DNA of 47,447 nucleotides from a virus: IMG/VR virus record IMGVR_UViG_3300045988_093480, positions 1 to 47,447 of that record; one strand, 5' to 3'. Shown piece by piece: positions 43,291 to 47,447 of this stretch (position 1 is its first letter; each line of letters starts with the position of its first letter). The notes under the pieces were generated by a model. It saw only the letters and a program-made list of their open reading frames with translations, ran no database searches and was not told where the DNA came from. The position numbers and the translations under genes were made by a program.

Positions 43291-44088
43291 TTATTTACTT
43301 TTTTCGTTTTCTTCTAGTAATTTTTCAAGATCTTTTTCTTTCAGAAGTTTTTCAATGATTTTTATTTCACCTTTACCAGTTACTCTTGTTGTTCTAAATG
43401 TGAATGTTCCTCTTGCTGTTTTCTTAGTACCTTCTGATACTTCTAAATAACCTCTTTCAACTGCATATTGAGTAGCTTCTGTTGAGTTTTTACATACCCA
43501 GCCCCAACTTCTCAGTCTTTCATATAATCTTCTTTCTCCTATAAGTATCTTGCTATTTGATTTTGAGATTGCTTTAGCAGTTTCTCTAACTAATTTTGTG
43601 TTTTGTGATATAGATATTTGAGTTATCACTCTGTCTTTTTCTGCAATTTCTTTTTTAGCATCTTCCAGTAATTTGTTTTTATTGTCTATTGTCTTTTGCG
43701 CTACTATTAAAGCTTTAGCCATTATTGTTTCATCATCTTCGTCTTCATCGTGTGGTATGTAGCCACCAGTTTTTCTAATTTGTTTTAATATTTCTTTTAC
43801 TTTCTTTTTGAATTGTTTTGCTATTGGTTTTCTACTTTGCATTAATACCTCGTAAAGTCCATCTTCTGTTAAAAATAAGGCAGTATAACTATTAGTTAGA
43901 GTGCTTAATTGATGTCTTGCGACTTCTGCATCGTCTAAATCAGCATCTTTAACCATTTTGCTAGGATTGCTATGTTCTATCCAATTCGCTACATCTTTAG
44001 CTAAAAACAATGGATTTTCTTCTGTTCCATAAATTTTAAAATCTTGTCCCAAAACTTCTTGATTATAAATTACTTGTAATTCTTTCAT
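43291..44088 (-). CDS. BRO-N domain antirepressor-like protein
   Basis: N-terminus FKIYGTEENPLFLAKDVANWIEH. Shares RKTGGYIPHDE...AKALIVAQKTI with the gene at 44534..45385. Confidence 0.75.
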   Translation of the reverse strand: MKELQVIYNQEVLGQDFKIYGTEENPLFLAKDVANWIEHSNPSKMVKDADLDDAEVARHQLSTLTNSYTALFLTEDGLYEVLMQSRKPIAKQFKKKVKEILKQIRKTGGYIPHDEDEDDETIMAKALIVAQKTIDNKNKLLEDAKKEIAEKDRVITQISISQNTKLVRETAKAISKSNSKILIGERRLYERLRSWGWVCKNSTEATQYAVERGYLEVSEGTKKTARGTFTFRTTRVTGKGEIKIIEKLLKEKDLEKLLEENEKSK

Positions 44089-44104
44089 ATTAAATTACCT
44101 CCTT

Positions 44105-44521
44105 TTATTGTTTTCTTATTGTTTTAGCTTTTTCTGTATTCATAAAACCGACTAATAACATATATCCTTGTTCGGATAATAAATAAATATTCTTAGCTCT
44201 GTTTAAAGCATTTTGAGTATATAATCCGTTATGGAGAATCTCCATCTCGAAATCTGAATTCCCTTTTAAGTCTAATAAATCAACACCTGTTTCAAACTCG
44301 TCTATATGTTCATTTATTTTTGGATCTATCCCTGATATGTCGTCTATGTATTCAAATCCTTCATCAGAGCTATCTCCTATATAAACTTTTATGTAGTAAG
44401 GATATCTTTCGTCTAGTGCAAATTTAAGACTTCCAGCCCCTATTTCTATCACTCTAACATTTGCTCTCTCTATTCTTATATCACCAAAGTATGTGAAACT
44501 TAGTTTTTTATTATCTTCCAT
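44105..44521 (-). CDS. Hypothetical protein with an ORF6N/KilA-N-like C-terminus
   Basis: NIYLLSEQGYMLLVGFMNTEKA. Confidence 0.5.
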   Translation of the reverse strand: MEDNKKLSFTYFGDIRIERANVRVIEIGAGSLKFALDERYPYYIKVYIGDSSDEGFEYIDDISGIDPKINEHIDEFETGVDLLDLKGNSDFEMEILHNGLYTQNALNRAKNIYLLSEQGYMLLVGFMNTEKAKTIRKQ

Positions 44522-44533
44522 ATTTAAGCCCCC

Positions 44534-45385
44534 TTAGTTAAAGTCAAATCTTTGTTGTTCTTGTTGATTTTCTAAAATTGTTTTATAGCCATTTTTTCTT
44601 AAAATGTCATGGATAAACTTTTTACCAGCTTGAGTCCATCTTGTCTGAGGTTTAGCATTCGGTATATCTGGTTGATATGGTCCTGTATATCCCTTACCTT
44701 GATACTTAGCATATAAAAGCCATTGACCATTTTGCTTATATTGAACTCCTAACTCATGGAGTAATGCATTCAAACCTTGACCAGCCATTCCAAAATCTTT
44801 AGCTATTTGAGTTGGAGTTAATAATGTTTTTTTATCTTCTAAAACTCTTTCTGCATATTCTGCATGAGGTTTTAATTCGTTTATTACATCTGATTGAGTT
44901 TGTATAGTCACTTGTGCTTGATTAAGCAGCTTGCTTTTTTCTTCTATTGTCTTTTGTGCTACTAATAATGCCCTTGCCATTATTTCGTCATCACTCATAT
45001 TTTCATCGTGTGGTATATATCCTCCAGTCTTTCTAATAGAAGGTAGTACATCGCTTGTTACCCAACGTTTAAATTTCTTTGCATTTGGTAATTTACTGCT
45101 TAAAATTAAACTGTATAAACCAGATTCGTTTATTACTACTGCTCCTTTTGTGCCTATATCTTTATAATTTTGCAAATCGTATTTTGCGATTTGCATTTTA
45201 TCTTCTTCATCAACATGCTTGCTTAATGCATCGCTTGTATTTTTATACCCTAAGATTTCTGCTACATCTTTTCCAATAAACCAAGGTTCGTTGTTTATAG
45301 TTGTTGCTCTTACTGGTCCAAATTCTTCATTTTCGAATACTTCTAAATTTTGAACTAAGTTATTCATTTCGTTTATGTAATCCAT
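44534..45385 (-). CDS. Antirepressor (BRO-N + KilAC/ANT)
   Basis: FGPVRATTINNEPWFIGKDVAEILGY. C-terminus is KilAC-like. Start at the ATG at 45385. Confidence 0.8.
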   Translation of the reverse strand: MDYINEMNNLVQNLEVFENEEFGPVRATTINNEPWFIGKDVAEILGYKNTSDALSKHVDEEDKMQIAKYDLQNYKDIGTKGAVVINESGLYSLILSSKLPNAKKFKRWVTSDVLPSIRKTGGYIPHDENMSDDEIMARALLVAQKTIEEKSKLLNQAQVTIQTQSDVINELKPHAEYAERVLEDKKTLLTPTQIAKDFGMAGQGLNALLHELGVQYKQNGQWLLYAKYQGKGYTGPYQPDIPNAKPQTRWTQAGKKFIHDILRKNGYKTILENQQEQQRFDFN

Positions 45386-45401
45386 ACATTTCATCTCCTT
45401 T

Positions 45402-45635
45402 TTATAAAGCTATCTTTACTTTATCTTTTTTAGTAATCATTTTGTTTACTTCGTTAGTAAAAAAAATATCTTCTATGCTGACACCAAATAAATCAGCTAT
45501 CTTTTTTGCTTCAGATAATTTAAATTCTCTGATACCATTTTCTTTTTGATAATAATTTTGAAGTGTTATGCCTAATTTATCCGCCATATCACTTTGGGTT
45601 AAGTTATAAAACTTTCTGTAAGATTTTACTATCAT
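45402..45635 (-). CDS. Cro-like XRE-family HTH regulator
   Basis: NLTQSDMADKLGITLQNYYQKENG. First gene of the early operon, divergent from the repressor. Confidence 0.85.
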   Translation of the reverse strand: MIVKSYRKFYNLTQSDMADKLGITLQNYYQKENGIREFKLSEAKKIADLFGVSIEDIFFTNEVNKMITKKDKVKIAL

Positions 45636-45659
45636 CTCTTAACCTCCTTTTCTTTAATT

Positions 45660-45697
45660 TATACTTCAAGTATAGTATCTATTTTGTTTACTGTCAA
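45660..45697 (-). promoter_or_regulatory. Early promoter with an overlapping operator
   Basis: TTGACA (45692..45697), 17-nt spacer, TATACT (45669..45674). The palindrome TATACTT-N-AAGTATA (45660..45674) covers the -10 box. Confidence 0.6.
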
Positions 45698-45777
45698 GCA
45701 TAAAATCACAAATTTGTTTTATTTTTTTATTTTTATTTGTTAATTTTTAAAATTAGATAGATAAAAAATCGTTAAAA

Positions 45778-45808
45778 TGTTATAATTTCAAGGAAATGTA
45801 ATACATTT
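45778..45808 (+). promoter_or_regulatory. Repressor promoter (TGtTATAAT) with a downstream operator palindrome
   Basis: Extended -10 box at 45778..45786. Palindrome AAATGTA-A-TACATTT at 45794..45808. Confidence 0.5.
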
Positions 45809-45865
45809 TGTTTAATTATAAATATATATAATTTTGTATAAAATGTAAGCATAGGAGGAAAGTTC

Positions 45866-46192
45866 ATGAAAAAACAAGGGGAAATACTTAAAAGTTTGAG
45901 ATTAGAAAAGGAACTAACCCAGGAAGAGTTAGGAAAAATAATAGGCCAAAGCAAGCAGACTGTTTATAATTGGGAAAATGATAAAAGAAAATGCGATGTA
46001 GAATCGTTATTTAAATTGGCTAAATTTTTTGATGTTACCATTGATTATTTAACTGGATATAGTGATGATAGAAAACCTAAAACAGATTTGTCAGACAGAC
46101 AAAAGAAAGTCATTAATGTTACTGATAAATTATCAGAAAGTGAATTTAATGCAATGATAGAAATGATTAAACAATTTAAAAAAGAGACTTAG
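45866..46192 (+). CDS. CI-like XRE-family repressor lacking a peptidase/cleavage domain
   Basis: 108 aa. HTH LTQEELGKIIGQSKQTVYNWEND. No S24 domain and no adjacent ImmA-like gene. Confidence 0.8.
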   Translation: MKKQGEILKSLRLEKELTQEELGKIIGQSKQTVYNWENDKRKCDVESLFKLAKFFDVTIDYLTGYSDDRKPKTDLSDRQKKVINVTDKLSESEFNAMIEMIKQFKKET

Positions 46193-46204
46193 ATTTTCTA
46201 AGTC
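46186..46204. terminator. Bidirectional terminator
   Basis: GACTTAGA-ttt-TCTAAGTC with T-runs on both strands. Confidence 0.7.
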
Positions 46205-46286
46205 CCTTTATTTTGCTTATAAAGTAGATATTTTACACTATGTGTTAAGTCTAATCCCAATATAACTCAAATAAATATCTAATATC

Positions 46287-46385
46287 TTATTTACTTGAAT
46301 CTTTCTTTTCCTTATCTTCTATTAGTTGTAAAATTTTTTCTAAAAAATATTCGCCTAATAATAATACCTTTTCTTTGTTTTCCAT
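46287..46385 (-). CDS. 32-aa helical micro-protein MENKEKVLLLGEYFLEKILQLIEDKEKKDSSK
   Basis: Not in the track. RBS AAGGGGG 5 nt upstream of the ATG. TATAAT at 46450..46455 upstream and terminator 46186..46204 downstream. Confidence 0.5.
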   Translation of the reverse strand: MENKEKVLLLGEYFLEKILQLIEDKEKKDSSK

Positions 46386-46415
46386 GTTATCCCCCTTATA
46401 AACAAAATATTTTTA

Positions 46416-46431
46416 TAGAACAAATGTTCTA
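46416..46431. promoter_or_regulatory. Cheo-type LexA (SOS) box
   Basis: TAGAACAAATGTTCTA contains GAAC-N4-GTTC and is a 7+2+7 palindrome. It lies between the -10 box and the RBS of the 32-codon ORF. Confidence 0.55.
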
Positions 46432-46524
46432 CATTTTTTCTTATACTATATTATACACCAATCAAAAAGTATTTGGAATATTTTATATAAATTTCTGCAA
46501 ATAAAGGTAAAATATGTTAATATA

Positions 46525-46533
46525 TGCTACAAT
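46525..46533 (+). promoter_or_regulatory. Extended -10 promoter (TGcTACAAT) for the membrane-peptide/lipoprotein pair
   Basis: Sequence match about 30 nt upstream of the GTG at 46564. Confidence 0.4.
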
Positions 46534-46563
46534 TTAAGAAAAATAATATATAGGAGGGATATC

Positions 46564-46686
46564 GTGAAAAAGAAAGCAATTATTGCATTAATAGTTATAG
46601 TAGTTCTAGTGATAATTATAGCTGGTATGCCTAGTTTTAAAGCTGGTTTTAATGCTGGTTTTAATGCTGGTTTTAATGCAAAATAA
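46564..46686 (+). CDS. 40-aa membrane peptide with an (AGFN)3 tail
   Basis: Not in the track. GTG start 6 nt after AGGAGGG. Sequence VKKKAIIALIVIVVLVIIIAGMPSFKAGFNAGFNAGFNAK. Confidence 0.5.
   Translation: MKKKAIIALIVIVVLVIIIAGMPSFKAGFNAGFNAGFNAK
46642..46677 (+). repeat. 12-bp tandem repeat, three copies (GCTGGTTTTAAT)
   Basis: Exact copies at 46642, 46654 and 46666. Confidence 0.95.
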
Positions 46687-46705
46687 AAAAGGAGAGTGGA
46701 GAGTT

Positions 46706-47344
46706 ATGAAGAAAATATTAAGTATTATATTATGTGCTATGTTATGTATTAGTGTTACTGGATGTAGTTCTCAATCAAATAGCCGTTCGATTCAAGCAAG
46801 TTCAGAAAATATGGGAGAAAATAAAAACTATTCATTAGAACTAACTAATGGAACGTTTAAAGTAGGTGAAGATTTAGAAGCAGGCAGATATATTCTTGTA
46901 AAGAATGAAGGTGAATATATGGGAAGTTTTGAGATAACTACAGATACTACAGGAGATATGGATTCTTCCATTGATTCTAATGCTTTTGAAAACTTTTCTT
47001 ATATAAAAGTTAAAAAAGGCCAATATTTACAATTAGATAACTGTACTTTGTATATTCCGAAAGAATTAGGAGATAAATTTGATTTTTCTGATAAAAAAGA
47101 ACTTACAAATGGAATGTTTAGGGTTGGTACAGGAAGAGATGTAGAGCCTGGAGAATATAAACTAGAAATAACAAGTGATGATGCTAAGGCTCAAGGTTGG
47201 TATTCTCTATATAATAATTTAGGTGGAGGATACAAAGGTGGTCCAGATTTACAAGATTCAGACTTCTTTTCTGGAAGCAAATTAATAACATTAAGAGAAG
47301 GACAATACCTAAGCCTAGACAGTAATACAAAGCTAATAAAATAG
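46706..47344 (+). CDS. Lipoprotein (candidate superinfection-exclusion / lysogenic conversion protein)
   Basis: Start at the ATG at 46706 (RBS AAGGAGAG). Signal peptide plus lipobox ISVTGC. Two related ELTNG(T/M)F(K/R)VG...G(R/E)Y modules. Confidence 0.75.
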   Translation: MKKILSIILCAMLCISVTGCSSQSNSRSIQASSENMGENKNYSLELTNGTFKVGEDLEAGRYILVKNEGEYMGSFEITTDTTGDMDSSIDSNAFENFSYIKVKKGQYLQLDNCTLYIPKELGDKFDFSDKKELTNGMFRVGTGRDVEPGEYKLEITSDDAKAQGWYSLYNNLGGGYKGGPDLQDSDFFSGSKLITLREGQYLSLDSNTKLIK

Positions 47345-47348
47345 AAAC

Positions 47349-47447
47349 AATAAATAATATAGATAAACATCAGGGCAGTTTTACTAGCTGCTCTTTTTTT
47401 ATAAGGAGGGTTACCAATGAAAAAAATTTTAAGTAGTTTTATACGTA
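47349..47447. repeat. Second copy of the 99-bp terminal overlap
   Basis: Identical to 1..99. Confidence 0.95.
47373..47400 (+). terminator. Terminator after the lipoprotein gene (duplicated at 25..52)
   Basis: GGGCAG-9 nt-CTGCTC followed by T7. Confidence 0.6.

Noticed and set aside
22580-45549. Further antisense or overlapping track ORFs in the head, packaging and early regions (for example 22580..22807, 22982..23170, 23547..23840, 25222..25494, 25457..25651, 25675..25914, 26541..26741, 27606..27803, 28917..29330, 29951..30235, 30873..31085, 32485..32796, 33627..34015, 34438..34956, 36471..37186, 37726..37911, 38147..38338, 38454..39263, 40111..40383, 40800..41054, 42753..43284, 44931..45549, 45772..45954).
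   Set aside because: Same reasons as above: no RBS, biased composition, and complete overlap with better-supported genes or with promoter regions.
46295-46504. Plus-strand 69-aa ORF downstream of the repressor.
   Set aside because: It has no RBS and a hydrophobic junk-like sequence. It spans the promoter, LexA box and RBS of the better-supported minus-strand 32-codon gene.
46652-46705. The N-terminal extension MLVLMLVLMQNKKGEWRV of the 230-aa track ORF.
   Set aside because: It is produced by reading the 12-bp tandem repeat in another frame. The ATG at 46706 has a proper RBS and starts a canonical lipoprotein signal peptide.

Overview
The window is a complete, circularly closed genome of about 47.35 kb. 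Bases 1..99 are identical to 47349..47447, which looks like an assembly overlap. It is a temperate siphovirus or prophage from a very AT-rich Firmicute, probably Clostridium-like (inference from composition and gene families).

Gene layout: almost all genes are on the minus strand. The plus-strand genes are the integrase, a three-gene moron operon, the CI-like repressor, a membrane-peptide/lipoprotein pair and one small RHH gene.

Modules:
- Integrase plus an attP-like repeat field: 69..1500.
- Moron locus: 1531..2666.
- Lysis cassette (amidase endolysin, holin, XhlA): 2906..4220.
- Tail: two large fibre/receptor-binding proteins, Tal, Dit, tape measure, G/GT chaperones and major tail protein, 4460..22121.
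- Head-tail joining and head: 22140..27281.
- Portal, TerL and TerS: 27284..30929.
- Late-operon leader and late regulator: 31202..32087.
- Early region: methyltransferase, Cys-rich proteins, VRR-NUC, HNH, DnaC-like, DnaD-like, RecT and antirepressors, 32267..45385.
- Cro/CI switch: 45402..46192.

Observations most worth follow-up:
1. The tape measure gene is split by a 368-nt ORF-less structured insert, a putative self-splicing intron.
2. A Cheo-type LexA box guards a self-contained 32-codon gene next to a repressor that lacks a cleavage domain.
3. The moron locus pairs a divergent 27-aa hydrophobic peptide gene with an operator-controlled operon containing an AbrB-like protein.
4. The late leader carries a tRNA T-arm/acceptor mimic and ends at an intrinsic terminator in front of the packaging genes.
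5. Three A-tract recoding or frameshift candidates are present.

All functional calls come from motif recognition by eye. No database search was run.
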